From the IMG/VR virus record IMGVR_UViG_3300006133_000009: 59,079 bases of DNA, one strand, 5' to 3'. The stretch is from a virus. The position numbers and the translations under genes were made by a program. Under the pieces are notes generated by a model. That model ran no database searches and had not been told where the DNA came from. It was given only the letters and a program-made list of their open reading frames with translations. This document shows positions 9,301 to 18,022 of the stretch, piece by piece. Positions within the stretch are counted from its first letter, which is position 1, and every line of letters starts with the position of its first letter.

Positions 9301-10770
9301 GCCGTATTTGTCGTTAAGCTCCTTGACTTTCTTTTTCTCTTGTTCTTTCGAGCCGGTGAAATTTTTGCAAGCCTTGATATTGTCTTCAAGTGCGATTTGC
9401 TCTTGAATGTAGGTCTTCGCGGCTTCTTCTTCGATTTTGTTAAGCTCTTGCGTATGTTTCACCGCTTCGTCTTCGGCGGTGCATAGGTCAACTATCCACG
9501 ACACGAGTTCACCGACAAGCACGACTAACGCGCCTATGCCGGTCGATATAAGCGCGAGTTTCAACACTCGCATTGCTATCGACATTGCCTTTGAAGCGGC
9601 AGTACCGGCAACCAATGCGCCGGTGTGAGCGTTTTGTGCCGCTGTCGCCGCGTTGGTGGCAGTTGTGTTGGTCGCTTGTGCGCCTGCTCCGGCAGTCGTA
9701 ACGGAATTGTTCGCTTGCTGTGCGGCTGTTTCGGCTTCTGTGACTGCTGCATTCTCGGCTGTCGCTGTCGTATTGGCGTTCTGTGCTGCTGTCGCGGTGG
9801 CTGTGGCGGCTGCTTCTTGTGTCTGTGCCGATGCACTTTTTCCGATTAGCTTGTTCCACGTTTGTTTAAGCGAGTTGAGCGTTACGAGAGAGAATGCGGA
9901 ATCCTTGTTTAATGTCTGCTGAACTTGCTGCAACCCCATTGTGATAGCCATTAGGGATTGCACTTTCAGCATTATTTCTTGGAGATGTTCATTCTCACCG
10001 GCGAATAGTCCTACTGCGCCCTGTGCTGCTGAAAACGCGCCCGATAAGCCGGTAAGTCCCGATATTACTCCGGCAAACTGATTTTCGTCATTGGCAAATA
10101 CGTTTCCGGCTGCTTGTATGTCGCCTTGAATATCGCGTAAGCGTCCGAGTTCTTCGATGATTTCACGATAACGCCCGGTAGTCTTGTCTATCTCACGCCC
10201 TTGTGCTTGCTCGGCATCTCGCAACGCCGCAGCTTCCATTGTAAGCTCACGAATACGCTGGCGTAATGACTGTGTGGAATTAGCTTGTTTCTCGGCTGCG
10301 TTGGCGGCTGCAACTAATGACTTCTCGTTTTTTTGCAGTTCTTTTTCTTCAGCTTGTGCCGCCGCGATTACTTCTTTGCGAGCCGCGATTACTTCTTGAA
10401 TCGCCTTGCGCTGCTGTCGTAGCTCTTTGACATATTCGCCGCGTCCGGGAACATTCGCGTATTTGTTGGCTTCATCCGTAACGTGGCGATAGGCATCTTG
10501 CAGTTCAACTACGGCTTCGTTGTTCTCGCGTATAACTCGCGCTATATGCGCGTATGCTTCGCCGATAGCGTTCAATGTCGGCGTATCATCGTGAAGAAAT
10601 TTGAGGTCAACTTCCGGGATAGAAGACGATATGAGCTGTTGAATCCTCGCACTTTCCTGCTCAATCTGCGAAGTCACGCCGCTGACTTTCTCGGCCATGT
10701 GGTCGAGAGCTGCGTCATATTCCGAGGTATCAACCCTCGCGGCATAGGAAAGTCCGTCATTCGTGTTCAT
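6328..10770 (-). CDS. Tail tape measure protein (1480 aa)
   Basis: Very long, largely helical ORF directly after the chaperone frameshift pair. Has a hydrophobic segment ALISTGIGALVVLVGELVSWIV and Ala/Thr/Asn low-complexity stretches. Confidence 0.85.
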   Translation of the reverse strand: MNTNDGLSYAARVDTSEYDAALDHMAEKVSGVTSQIEQESARIQQLISSSIPEVDLKFLHDDTPTLNAIGEAYAHIARVIRENNEAVVELQDAYRHVTDEANKYANVPGRGEYVKELRQQRKAIQEVIAARKEVIAAAQAEEKELQKNEKSLVAAANAAEKQANSTQSLRQRIRELTMEAAALRDAEQAQGREIDKTTGRYREIIEELGRLRDIQGDIQAAGNVFANDENQFAGVISGLTGLSGAFSAAQGAVGLFAGENEHLQEIMLKVQSLMAITMGLQQVQQTLNKDSAFSLVTLNSLKQTWNKLIGKSASAQTQEAAATATATAAQNANTTATAENAAVTEAETAAQQANNSVTTAGAGAQATNTTATNAATAAQNAHTGALVAGTAASKAMSIAMRVLKLALISTGIGALVVLVGELVSWIVDLCTAEDEAVKHTQELNKIEEEAAKTYIQEQIALEDNIKACKNFTGSKEQEKKKVKELNDKYGEALGYYDSLEQWERVLTERGPAYCEMLRMKAVQQGLLNKYVEAYVEALEIAHKAENGEFDRGWYNPARWFGESNDERRARITKEAQDEADMWKEEMTKQKAELEAFQEENHFDVVHIDPKSGGKGGSGKTFDPKAAAREQRKLLAEYQAEVKKYISDTNNAISQAMIDGMEAGYAKELATIRKNGADRKKAWEQSLLELAGAMRDNAHAIFMTQKGATEEAWENSEQGKRSLQDWVTELLKNKDVANNYAQGLTDIANSVERQLAEVRTKYMNQLIDEFGSYDDKFDKLTIEWAKKINTVASIAPDLLPEAMKKMEEAFASLKAEDFKKTINWDVVFGDLGNQSLQSLQYALDKVRTYFNREKDGMSVEQIKTFQEAITAMENEIASRNPFTALHKSFKDISTSKDELVAALAEVAAAQSVLNDAESEYRAALLAKNEILGQIETGELAQDCQELADANERVTASEKKLTDAKTKSQQADQRVLNARNNVTKSYKTFATQLKSAGTVVTDLGGRASKLARIFSGDIADSMDKALGFIDEVVDAAGDVISAIGDVGKSVSKDVAQTAEAAGTATQATAQTTATSISTVEKASIILTVISAALQIATAIASLFNDDESKQKEIERLQERIDQLQWELDNADTVRFKERVGDAVKKLNSVYRATTEEVLHLHLSTQQYSNWWVRTLGQMVYRNEIYEKSIQKLADAYAGVGYTADKALGGKKYEESRKQIENLAEQQILIQRQINQERDKKDTDNGKIEDWQRQIQEIAHEMATIINEMLEDIIGGSSADISKRLGDAFIDAAAQGEDAMEAWHSTVKDIIADITKRMLISKLIEEPIGQIFDKYKTKWFGSDGRFKGIDNVINSMNSLSSDLNEVGSNFMQVWQNMPEDWKKWFAPLDDAEREGTQKGIATASQDSVDENNARLTTIQEHTYTLVQGVKELNATGNKLLEVATGIRENTKETNDKLNDVKTDVKAIKSSVDEIESRGLKIRT

Positions 10771-11536
10771 CTCGCTTTTACTTCAATTTCTTCGTCTTTG
10801 TCAAAATCATTGAAATTATCGGGGTTGTTAGCATCTTTGCTATCGTCATATAGCGGTGCATCCGAATCGTCTTTGTTACTTGTATCGTCCGGCATCGGCA
10901 TTGCGCGGCAGTAGAGCAAAGCATTCAAAAAGCTAATGTCGTAAAGTGCGTATTTCTCGCTTACGCCGAATATCTTTGCAACTCCAAGTACCGATGCCCA
11001 TATACTGTCGTTCAGTTTATCACTTCCGCTTTTGTTGGCTTTAGAATATTTACCGCGCTTAGGGAAGTGATAGTGGCGAAAAAACTTGCCGCCTCGTTCT
11101 GCTTCAGTCGCTCGATTATCGTGTCATTGAGTACCGAGGGGCGCACGTTCAGAAGTAGAGCGTTGGCAAGTTCTGCCTTGCGGTCTATCGTTTCAACGAC
11201 TTTGACACGGCGTTTGAGAAGTCCGAAAAAGCGACGTTTCTCGATGATTCGCTCTCGTTTCTCGGTCAGATTCTTTGCACCGAGAATCAGAATCGCGGCT
11301 ATGTCGCCGAGCGGTTTGTAGTCTTTCGCATAGTGTGCCACTATGTCAAGCCACTGCGATTTGTCGAGCTTGTCGAAAGTCGGGAGTGTCGATATTGTTT
11401 CCGATACGAGAATCAGCGTAGCGAGTGAGGGGGGCGCGATTTCGTATGTCACGCCCTCTATCTCGATAGAGCCTACCTTTCGTTCAAGGATGGCGGCTGC
11501 TACTTTGCTCTCTATCGTAGTGAAGTTATTTTCCAT
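10767..11536 (-). CDS. Tail assembly chaperone -1 frameshift product (GT-like)
   Basis: The -1 frame is open from the slippery site to a TGA that overlaps the tape measure ATG (ATGA). Predicted extension reads ...KFFRHYHFPKRGKYSKANKSGSDKLNDSIWASVLGVAKIFGVSEKYALYDISFLNALLYCRAMPMPDD...EIEVKAR. Confidence 0.65.
11012..11536 (-). CDS. Tail assembly chaperone (G-like, 174 aa)
   Basis: Lies between the major tail and tape measure genes. Contains a slippery heptamer near its 3' end. Confidence 0.7.
   Translation of the reverse strand: MENNFTTIESKVAAAILERKVGSIEIEGVTYEIAPPSLATLILVSETISTLPTFDKLDKSQWLDIVAHYAKDYKPLGDIAAILILGAKNLTEKRERIIEKRRFFGLLKRRVKVVETIDRKAELANALLLNVRPSVLNDTIIERLKQNEAASFFATITSLSAVNILKPTKAEVIN
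11078..11084 (-). promoter_or_regulatory. Programmed -1 ribosomal frameshift slippery heptamer T_TTT_TTC
   Basis: Minus-strand zero frame reads AGT TTT TTC GCC, which fits X_XXY_YYZ. The downstream -1 frame has no stop for about 105 codons. Confidence 0.65.
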
Positions 11537-11684
11537 TGTCAGATGCGTTTATAAGTTGTGGCACAAGTTTGAATCGAACAAACATATCCCTCTAATATTG
11601 AGGTCGCTCTAACCGTTAAGCTATTGCGCCAAAGTGCGAGTTTCACCTCCAACTCGAAAGGGCGTCTTTCCGCTTGTCAGAGTG

Positions 11685-12275
11685 TTATGCTTCATCGGGT
11701 GCGTTCTGCTTTGCCGGGGCAGCGGCTTTCGCGGCGTTAAGGTCAGATGCAAACGTGGGGTCTGCCCAGTCCGTTTTTTTGACCCTAAACTTCTTGTAGA
11801 GGAGTCCGGCTTCAGTTTCGATGACTTTGAATGTGAGGTCAACATACGAGCCTTCTTCCTCGGAAGAGCCGGGGCGGAATTTGACGGAGCATTTGGGAGC
11901 TTTGATGCCCTGCGCCCCTATATTCTTCGGAGTGACTTTGACCGAAAATTCGCCTTGTACGATGTTGGTATTAACATCGAGTTCGTCACCGTCTGTGCTG
12001 ATAACCGCGCCAGTAAGGAGATGCTCGGTGTCGAAGTCCATTTCCTTTACGCGAGTGGTGATTGTTACTTCGGGTTCGCCCTCTTCCTCGGCTACGGTCT
12101 TGCCGCCGGATGCTTTCGCTGTCAGAGTTTCGCCGTCTGAAGTAGCAAGCGAGGTCGATTTGTCGTTTATCGTGCCAACCGAAACGAGTTGCGTTGCCAT
12201 TGCATCGTTCTCCCCGGTATGCCCGATTTCAACACGGCATTCCGACCATGACATAATGATTTTCTTACGTTTCAT
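11685..12275 (-). CDS. Major tail protein candidate (196 aa)
   Basis: Lies immediately upstream of the chaperone pair. Size and composition fit a siphovirus tube protein. Confidence 0.55.
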   Translation of the reverse strand: MKRKKIIMSWSECRVEIGHTGENDAMATQLVSVGTINDKSTSLATSDGETLTAKASGGKTVAEEEGEPEVTITTRVKEMDFDTEHLLTGAVISTDGDELDVNTNIVQGEFSVKVTPKNIGAQGIKAPKCSVKFRPGSSEEEGSYVDLTFKVIETEAGLLYKKFRVKKTDWADPTFASDLNAAKAAAPAKQNAPDEA

Positions 12276-12279
12276 AATC

Positions 12280-12690
12280 TTACTGTGTTAATCGTTGAAA
12301 TTTTAATCGTGCTACTATTAGATGTTGCTCTATATTCTCGGTGAGTTCCGTTGATTTCGGAAGTCCGTCACACTTAATCAGATACTCGGTGTCTTCGCAA
12401 TTCTTCACAAACTCAATAATCGCGCTTTCCAATACCCCGACTCTCGCTTTGTCTTCGACCTTGCGACCGCTGTTGTTGGCAATGTCAGGCACATAGATGT
12501 GAATGAGCATCGTGCCGGACTGCACTTGTTCGTCAGTCCCGGCAAGAAACTTGACAACCAAATCTTCGCTATTAGCGTTGTCCGGGCGCATATCGCTTCG
12601 GTAAACGCTACCACGAATTGCAGAGCCAAGTTTGCTGTTCTTCACGAGCGTATAGAAGTCACGCTCAAAGTCTATTTCCGTTTTCGTCAT
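12280..12690 (-). CDS. Neck/tail completion protein candidate (136 aa)
   Basis: Assigned by position in the head-tail joining block. Confidence 0.4.
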   Translation of the reverse strand: MTKTEIDFERDFYTLVKNSKLGSAIRGSVYRSDMRPDNANSEDLVVKFLAGTDEQVQSGTMLIHIYVPDIANNSGRKVEDKARVGVLESAIIEFVKNCEDTEYLIKCDGLPKSTELTENIEQHLIVARLKFQRLTQ

Positions 12691-13181
12691 TGTGGCGTTA
12701 TATATCCTTTGAGAAGTTTGTTAAGTAGTCTTTCGGCTTCGAGTTCGGCAGATGCGAGTACGTTTTTGCCACGCACGTTTTCGACATAAGCGGCATACTC
12801 CATACCGGCGCACACAATCAGCACTACGCCCCAAGGAAATTTAGATTGCAGTCGCTTTAAGAGAGCTTGACCCTCTGCCACGCCTTGCGCCCCATTACCT
12901 TGTTTGCCGGAATACTGTTTTGTCGCGCCATGCACCTTAACTTCGCCGTCAACGAGAATCACATACCCGATAGAGCTTCGTAGATTGCCGGTAATGTCGT
13001 TGTAATCTCCGCTTTCACGCGCAATTTTGATGCAAGCCTCGCCGATATACGAAAATTGCTTAACGATATGCGCTATAAGCTCCTTTCGCTTAATCTTCAG
13101 CGATTGATACAGCTTGCGTGTGTCGGTCTTTGATACCAACACGCCTTTGTATTTGCCGTGTGTCTGCGTTGTCTTTGCCAT
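12687..13181 (-). CDS. Head-tail joining protein candidate (164 aa)
   Basis: Position, and start/stop overlaps with its neighbours. Confidence 0.4.
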   Translation of the reverse strand: MAKTTQTHGKYKGVLVSKTDTRKLYQSLKIKRKELIAHIVKQFSYIGEACIKIARESGDYNDITGNLRSSIGYVILVDGEVKVHGATKQYSGKQGNGAQGVAEGQALLKRLQSKFPWGVVLIVCAGMEYAAYVENVRGKNVLASAELEAERLLNKLLKGYITPQ

Positions 13182-13504
13182 TACACAACTATCTGAATGC
13201 GTCCTACAGTTGTCAGCGGCTCACGGTTCATTACCCGATATTCGCCAAGTTCTTCAGAGTGCCGGGTCAGCTTCACGCGGTCAAACTGTGCTGTTTCGTC
13301 ATTCTCGATAAGCACGGTGAATGATGCCATGCGAAACTCGCCGTCTTCGTACTTGCCCTTGCGGTTGTCAGAGTTCGTTTTGATTGAGCAAGCTATCGGG
13401 TCACTCCATACGGTAGTGGCTTCGGTAGGCTCTCCAAACTCGTTTACCTCGCCGGGTACGATTATCTGATATTGAAGTGTGCCGTTTGTTCTCATTCTCA
13501 CCAA
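13181..13504 (-). CDS. Head closure/head-tail adaptor candidate (107 aa)
   Basis: Position downstream of the capsid gene, with overlapping starts and stops. Confidence 0.4.
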   Translation of the reverse strand: MVRMRTNGTLQYQIIVPGEVNEFGEPTEATTVWSDPIACSIKTNSDNRKGKYEDGEFRMASFTVLIENDETAQFDRVKLTRHSEELGEYRVMNREPLTTVGRIQIVV

Positions 13505-13830
13505 AAGTTAGTAGCATCATCAATAGTCCGTAGATAGTCGTTTAGTTCCTCGTCTGCGTCAAGTCCGTATTGCTTGCACCAAAAAGCGAGCGATTCTTTC
13601 ACGGCATCTTCGCGAACGGAAGTTGACACGCCATTCTCGCTCCGGCTGCTCTCGACATAACCCATGACAATGCGGATTGCCACCCGAAAGATTGTTGCAT
13701 CTTTCGGTGTGGCTTCCGCTTGTGGGTCGATACCCTCATTGAATAGCGCGAATTTGAGTGTCGCGCTATCCGGGTAAAAGGTATTCACGATAGCATTGCA
13801 AAGGTGGCTTAACGCTTCGAGATTCTTCAC
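13498..13830 (-). CDS. Head-tail connector candidate (110 aa)
   Basis: Lies directly after the major capsid gene. Confidence 0.4.
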   Translation of the reverse strand: MKNLEALSHLCNAIVNTFYPDSATLKFALFNEGIDPQAEATPKDATIFRVAIRIVMGYVESSRSENGVSTSVREDAVKESLAFWCKQYGLDADEELNDYLRTIDDATNFW

Positions 13831-13837
13831 GGCTTTA

Positions 13838-14950
13838 CTATGCTACGGTTTTGAGGGTGTAGATGCCGTTCATTTCGGTTATGACCGGCAGCGACTGTGA
13901 TTCGGCTTTGGTGTACTCGGTATGCTTCGAGCCTTCTTTCTGACCGACACTCCAAAGCGAAGTGACGATACGGCCATACTTGGAGTATGAAACTCCCTCG
14001 TCCGGCTTCAGCTCACAATCCGAGTAGGCATTCTTGACAACGCCGAGTTCGCCGGCAGGCACGAATACGATGTTGTCTTGATTCCAAGGAGCGTAAGGAA
14101 TAGCCTCACGCCCTTTCTGAATGCGGACAATACGGCGAATCGGCTCGAATACCGGGTAATTGTTCGTTTCCATGAAGTCGTTGATGTCGCGGAGAAGTAC
14201 CGGCTTCGATGATTTGTCTGCGCCCCAAATCAACTGCTTCATCTTCTTGGTGCGGCACATATACGAGATTCGCGAGGGCGAAAGGAGTGCCTTTGCAAGC
14301 GCGACTTTATCCTGCGATGCGTCAAGTATCGCTTGAATGTCCTCGAAACAATCTACGGTATCGATGTTTTCGAGCGTCCACGCGGTTTTGCAGCTTGCGA
14401 TGTTCTCGCCCGGCTGATTGAACGAGATAGAGCCTTTGACACCGCCCTCCGGGTTGGTCGTTTCATCGAAGACGAATTTGCCCTCATTCGAGAGTGCGCC
14501 GAGGAAAATCATATCGAGCTTGCCGTAAACGGCATTGACTACGGTCTGAATGTCGCCCATCATAATGCTTATGAGGCGATTCTTTTTGTCTTCGTCTTTG
14601 ATTAGATTGCTGTTGAGTAACGAAAGAATCTTTCGATAGGTCTTCATCAGCATCGGGAGCGTGAGCGCGTGATTTACGAGCGTTTCTTTGAGCGTTTCAA
14701 CACCCGAAGTACCCATAATCGGCTCGGCGGCATTTTCACCGATAGTCGGTGCGGCTATCGTGATATTGTATTTGCCGATAAGCTCCTCAAAGTCGAGTTC
14801 GATTGTGGGGTCATCCCAGTGCATGAATCGCTCGAAGATTACTTGGTCGAAAAGCTGCTTGTTGAGTTTGCTTGCAGCATCGAATCGAATCTGCACCTCT
14901 TTTGTGAGGTCTCCGAACACGGAGCTATATAAAAATTCTTTAGGTGGCAT
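13838..14950 (-). CDS. Major capsid protein (370 aa)
   Basis: Size and position after the scaffold and decoration-like genes. Resembles the capsid protein E family. Confidence 0.7.
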   Translation of the reverse strand: MPPKEFLYSSVFGDLTKEVQIRFDAASKLNKQLFDQVIFERFMHWDDPTIELDFEELIGKYNITIAAPTIGENAAEPIMGTSGVETLKETLVNHALTLPMLMKTYRKILSLLNSNLIKDEDKKNRLISIMMGDIQTVVNAVYGKLDMIFLGALSNEGKFVFDETTNPEGGVKGSISFNQPGENIASCKTAWTLENIDTVDCFEDIQAILDASQDKVALAKALLSPSRISYMCRTKKMKQLIWGADKSSKPVLLRDINDFMETNNYPVFEPIRRIVRIQKGREAIPYAPWNQDNIVFVPAGELGVVKNAYSDCELKPDEGVSYSKYGRIVTSLWSVGQKEGSKHTEYTKAESQSLPVITEMNGIYTLKTVA

Positions 14951-14955
14951 AGCGA

Positions 14956-15570
14956 TTACTGTTTAATGTAGATGATGTTGGGGTTGTTTTTGAGCGCGAT
15001 GCCGGTTAACCATTCCGGCAGCATCGGGAAGAGAAGTGACGGCACGAGTACTACGGCTTCGTAAGCGGCATCGAGCGTAGGCAGTCCGCGCCCGGTAAAC
15101 TCTTTGTCTTCGCCGTTGATGTTGTTGGGGGTGTAGCGTACACGGTTTGTGGTTGTAGCTGCTTCGCCCTCGGTGTCTGCGATACCCTCGGCAATGACAT
15201 CATCGGCTTTGATGCCGGTGTATGCCGCTTTGAGCTTCAGAATGTCGTAGGCATCGTTGCTTCGGTCGATAGTGTCAATTTCTCCGAGCGCATCTGCACC
15301 GTGCTTAATGATTTTGTCACCATTCACGAAATAGTGACCTTTGGGGACTCTCACTTCCTTTGTGGTGCCGCCGTTGAGTACAGTCGCTGTCTTGCAGACT
15401 GCGGCAGTCATAGCGTCAAAATCGACATACAAAGGCGTTGCGCGGCGCACTACTGTTCCGTTCGGAAATTCCTGCACAGGCTTGAAGCCACCGGGGAGCA
15501 TTTTGCATTCACCGCGCCAAATCTCCGGGAAACGACCCGGAATCTGTTGTGTCTTAAATTCAATAGCCAT
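14956..15570 (-). CDS. Auxiliary capsid/decoration-position protein (204 aa)
   Basis: Lies between scaffold and capsid, as gpD does in lambda. No motif recognised. Confidence 0.35.
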   Translation of the reverse strand: MAIEFKTQQIPGRFPEIWRGECKMLPGGFKPVQEFPNGTVVRRATPLYVDFDAMTAAVCKTATVLNGGTTKEVRVPKGHYFVNGDKIIKHGADALGEIDTIDRSNDAYDILKLKAAYTGIKADDVIAEGIADTEGEAATTTNRVRYTPNNINGEDKEFTGRGLPTLDAAYEAVVLVPSLLFPMLPEWLTGIALKNNPNIIYIKQ

Positions 15571-15605
15571 TGTAGGGTTGATGAATTAGAAGTTGATAAT
15601 TGACC

Positions 15606-16202
15606 TTACTTTTTGTCGGGGAGCGTCTGCGCCCAGGCTTCGGCAGCCGCTTTCGCTTCTTCTTCAGAAGTTCCGAGTTCATGCGAACGGTCTTTCGGCA
15701 TGAGATTGTTGTTAACAAGGTCTTGTTTAAGGTCGGATAGCTCCTTGTCGAGGTCAGCATCTTCGGCGAATGACATTCGCTTTACGAGATATTCGGGGAT
15801 TCCGAGCTTCTTTGCCTTGTCAGCGATAAGCGAGGCGCGTTCCGTCTTGGCTTTTTCTTCTTTGAGCGTCTTGTTCTCGGTTTCGAGTGCTTCAAGTCGT
15901 TCATTAACTTTTTTCATCCATGCCGGTTCGTCATCTTCGCCGGTTTCGCCGTCTTCTTCCTCTCCGTCGCCCTCATCTTTGGATGGCTTGGCAGATGATT
16001 TTTTGCGTGACTTCCTCGTTATCTCCCCTTGCATCGCTTTTGCGTAGGGAACGAGCGAATCCACTTTTGCGGCTATTTCGTCATCGGTAGCTTCTTCCGT
16101 GAGGCCTGAAGCTCCGATTTCAACGAGTTCTTCGATTGCTTTGGGTGTAAGTCCGTATTGCTTACATTTTGCGGTCAATGCCGCCAATAATTTCTTCTTC
16201 AT
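15606..16202 (-). CDS. Scaffolding protein candidate (198 aa)
   Basis: Acidic, helical, Lys/Glu-rich protein immediately upstream of the capsid genes. Confidence 0.5.
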   Translation of the reverse strand: MKKKLLAALTAKCKQYGLTPKAIEELVEIGASGLTEEATDDEIAAKVDSLVPYAKAMQGEITRKSRKKSSAKPSKDEGDGEEEDGETGEDDEPAWMKKVNERLEALETENKTLKEEKAKTERASLIADKAKKLGIPEYLVKRMSFAEDADLDKELSDLKQDLVNNNLMPKDRSHELGTSEEEAKAAAEAWAQTLPDKK

Positions 16203-16239
16203 TGCAATGTGCGATTGATGTTTGAATATTCAGTACGCG

Positions 16240-16247
16240 CAAAGATA
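16240..16247 (-). promoter_or_regulatory. Candidate Bacteroides-type -7 box TATCTTTG for the scaffold/capsid operon
   Basis: The + strand CAAAGATA is the reverse complement of TAnnTTTG. It sits 38 nt upstream of the 16202 start. The 12-mer TAATAGGTATTA lies 16 nt further upstream (16264..16275). Confidence 0.4.
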
Positions 16248-16399
16248 GGCAGAAATTTTTATATAATACCTATTAGGTTATGAAAAATTACACAATTTTT
16301 ATTTCTCACAAGTCGCTACCTATAAGTAAAATAGGAATTTAAGCGAAATTTTCTTGAAAAATAGCCACTAAAATAGTTGCCTATTATTAGGATAGTCTA

Positions 16400-16407
16400 T
16401 AACTTTG
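16400..16407 (+). promoter_or_regulatory. Candidate -7 box TAACTTTG for the plus-strand accessory island
   Basis: Matches TAnnTTTG 33 nt upstream of the ATG at 16440. Preceded by TATTAGGATA (16385..16394). Confidence 0.4.
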
Positions 16408-16439
16408 CAGTATCAAACAATACTTAATAGATAACGAAA

Positions 16440-16595
16440 ATGAAAATGCGAAAGAAAACAATCAAAGTGAGCCGAGAGAGAGCTATCGAGTTAGCCGCTA
16501 ATCTCAACTGCATCTCAAAAGAGATGGCAAGCAAGTACACCGACAGCGAATTGAAAGAGTGCCTGCGTCTTCTCAAACTCAAAGCTGACTTCTAA
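16440..16595 (+). CDS. Small hypothetical protein (51 aa, below the ORF-track cutoff)
   Basis: Hand-translated as MKMRKKTIKVSRERAIELAANLNCISKEMASKYTDSELKECLRLLKLKADF. First ORF after the candidate promoter. Confidence 0.4.
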   Translation: MKMRKKTIKVSRERAIELAANLNCISKEMASKYTDSELKECLRLLKLKADF

Positions 16596-16620
16596 ACATC
16601 AACCCTCAATCTCAACGCAA

Positions 16621-16830
16621 ATGAAACCCGAATATCTCGCCGAAGCAATCGGCATCATCAGCAAAAGCAACTCAATTACCGTGTCTTTCAATGTGCCGGT
16701 CAATGATAACTACTCGCACACATACGCAATTCTCATTCATCAGAGCAACGCGAGTGTTATCAAGCAACTCACCGATGCCGGATTCTCACTCTCGATGAAT
16801 CCCAAAGGCTTGGCAGTCGATAAATTCTAA
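16621..16830 (+). CDS. Hypothetical protein (69 aa)
   Basis: ORF with AACGCAA directly abutting the ATG. Confidence 0.5.
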   Translation: MKPEYLAEAIGIISKSNSITVSFNVPVNDNYSHTYAILIHQSNASVIKQLTDAGFSLSMNPKGLAVDKF

Positions 16831-16841
16831 AGCATAGTGAC

Positions 16842-17081
16842 ATGGCAACGAAAAAGATATATACCGTCATTCGCTCCACAATCAGAAGTGAGCGTGAAGT
16901 GTCCGGCACTCTTGATGAATTGACTGAATATTTCAGCTATACATTGGAGATTGGCAATAGTCGCGATTCTCGCATATCTCGTAAGCCCAAAACTATCAAA
17001 TCGCTAATCAATGCCATTAATAAGAGCTTCAGCATATCGGGTCGTTACTATGATTGTGTGACGCTAAAAGAAGTAAAATAA
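16842..17081 (+). CDS. Hypothetical protein (79 aa)
   Basis: ORF in the plus-strand island. Confidence 0.45.
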   Translation: MATKKIYTVIRSTIRSEREVSGTLDELTEYFSYTLEIGNSRDSRISRKPKTIKSLINAINKSFSISGRYYDCVTLKEVK

Positions 17082-17101
17082 TAACTCTAAATACAACGCA
17101 A

Positions 17102-18004
17102 ATGGTTACTGAAACAACTCTCGAAAACAAGATGTTTGACTTCGACAAGGCGAAAGTTCAAACGCTCTCACTCGCTCAATTAGAGCGTACCCACCGCGAA
17201 AACGATGTTTACGGCAAACCGCTCCGTGGCATCTATCACTTCGAGCTGCTTAACACGCTCATCAACGAATGCACCAATCTTGGCTACAATGTTGAGGTTT
17301 ACGACCTCTTCGCCGCGCAGAACAAAGACCGTAGCACTCCCGGCGTTGTGCTGCTTCCGCAAGTCGAAGCACAGTACGGCGAAAGAGCTTTTGAAGCTCA
17401 CATATTGCGCCGCGTCTTCGCTAACATCAGAATCACGGACTTTGACGATGAGGAAAAGACAACAAACCTCGCAGTCGCTTTTCATCAGAAAGGCATTCAA
17501 GTCGGATTCGGCAATATGGTGAAGATATGCCATAATCAAACGATGCTGTGTGCTGACAAATACATAGCCACATACAGCGAGCGCGGTAAAGGTCGAGGCG
17601 AGGCGATAACGATTCCGCAAGTTCTCGATGTCGTTAAATCGTGGCTCGTTGACGCTCGTAAAATCATCGTTACCGAGCGTGAGAAAATCGAGCGTATGAA
17701 AGAAATTGAAGTCGGCGCACAACAAGCACTCTTGCTCATCGGTATGCTGACAGCTATCCGCGTCAAGTGCGATTCTGCATACCTGGCAATCAAAGAGAAT
17801 CGCGTCTATCCGCTCAATCAAGCGCAGATAACGAAATTCACCGAGAGCTTGTTACTGAAGTATCACGAATCGGCTCACCTTTCAGCGTGGGACTTGTATA
17901 ACGCCGCGACTGACCTCTACAAAGCGGATTCAATGGATATTCCGGCTCTTATGCCGCAGAATCGCGCAATGGTTCAGTTTCTCAACGAGCAATTCAACAT
18001 CTAA
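17102..18004 (+). CDS. DUF932-like protein (300 aa from the internal ATG)
   Basis: Start moved to the ATG preceded by AACGCAA. The motif GFGNMVKICHNQTML resembles the DUF932 G..x..C.N core. Confidence 0.5.
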   Translation: MVTETTLENKMFDFDKAKVQTLSLAQLERTHRENDVYGKPLRGIYHFELLNTLINECTNLGYNVEVYDLFAAQNKDRSTPGVVLLPQVEAQYGERAFEAHILRRVFANIRITDFDDEEKTTNLAVAFHQKGIQVGFGNMVKICHNQTMLCADKYIATYSERGKGRGEAITIPQVLDVVKSWLVDARKIIVTEREKIERMKEIEVGAQQALLLIGMLTAIRVKCDSAYLAIKENRVYPLNQAQITKFTESLLLKYHESAHLSAWDLYNAATDLYKADSMDIPALMPQNRAMVQFLNEQFNI

Positions 18005-18022
18005 CACAAATCATCAACCGGC

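Noticed and set aside
8512-9486. 324-aa plus-strand ORF and other ORFs antisense to or out of frame with the tape measure gene (6545..7015, 7346..7978, 9509..9859 and others)
   Set aside because: They lie inside a 1480-aa ORF with clear context, and their Cys/Phe/Arg/Ser-rich composition is typical of shadow frames.
9600-9860. Ala/Thr/Asn-rich repetitive stretch as a possible additional VR or repeat array
   Set aside because: It has no similarity to the TR. It is low-complexity coding sequence within the tape measure protein.
17180-17821. 213-aa minus-strand ORF
   Set aside because: It is antisense to the DUF932-like gene, which has a recognisable motif and a proper start context.
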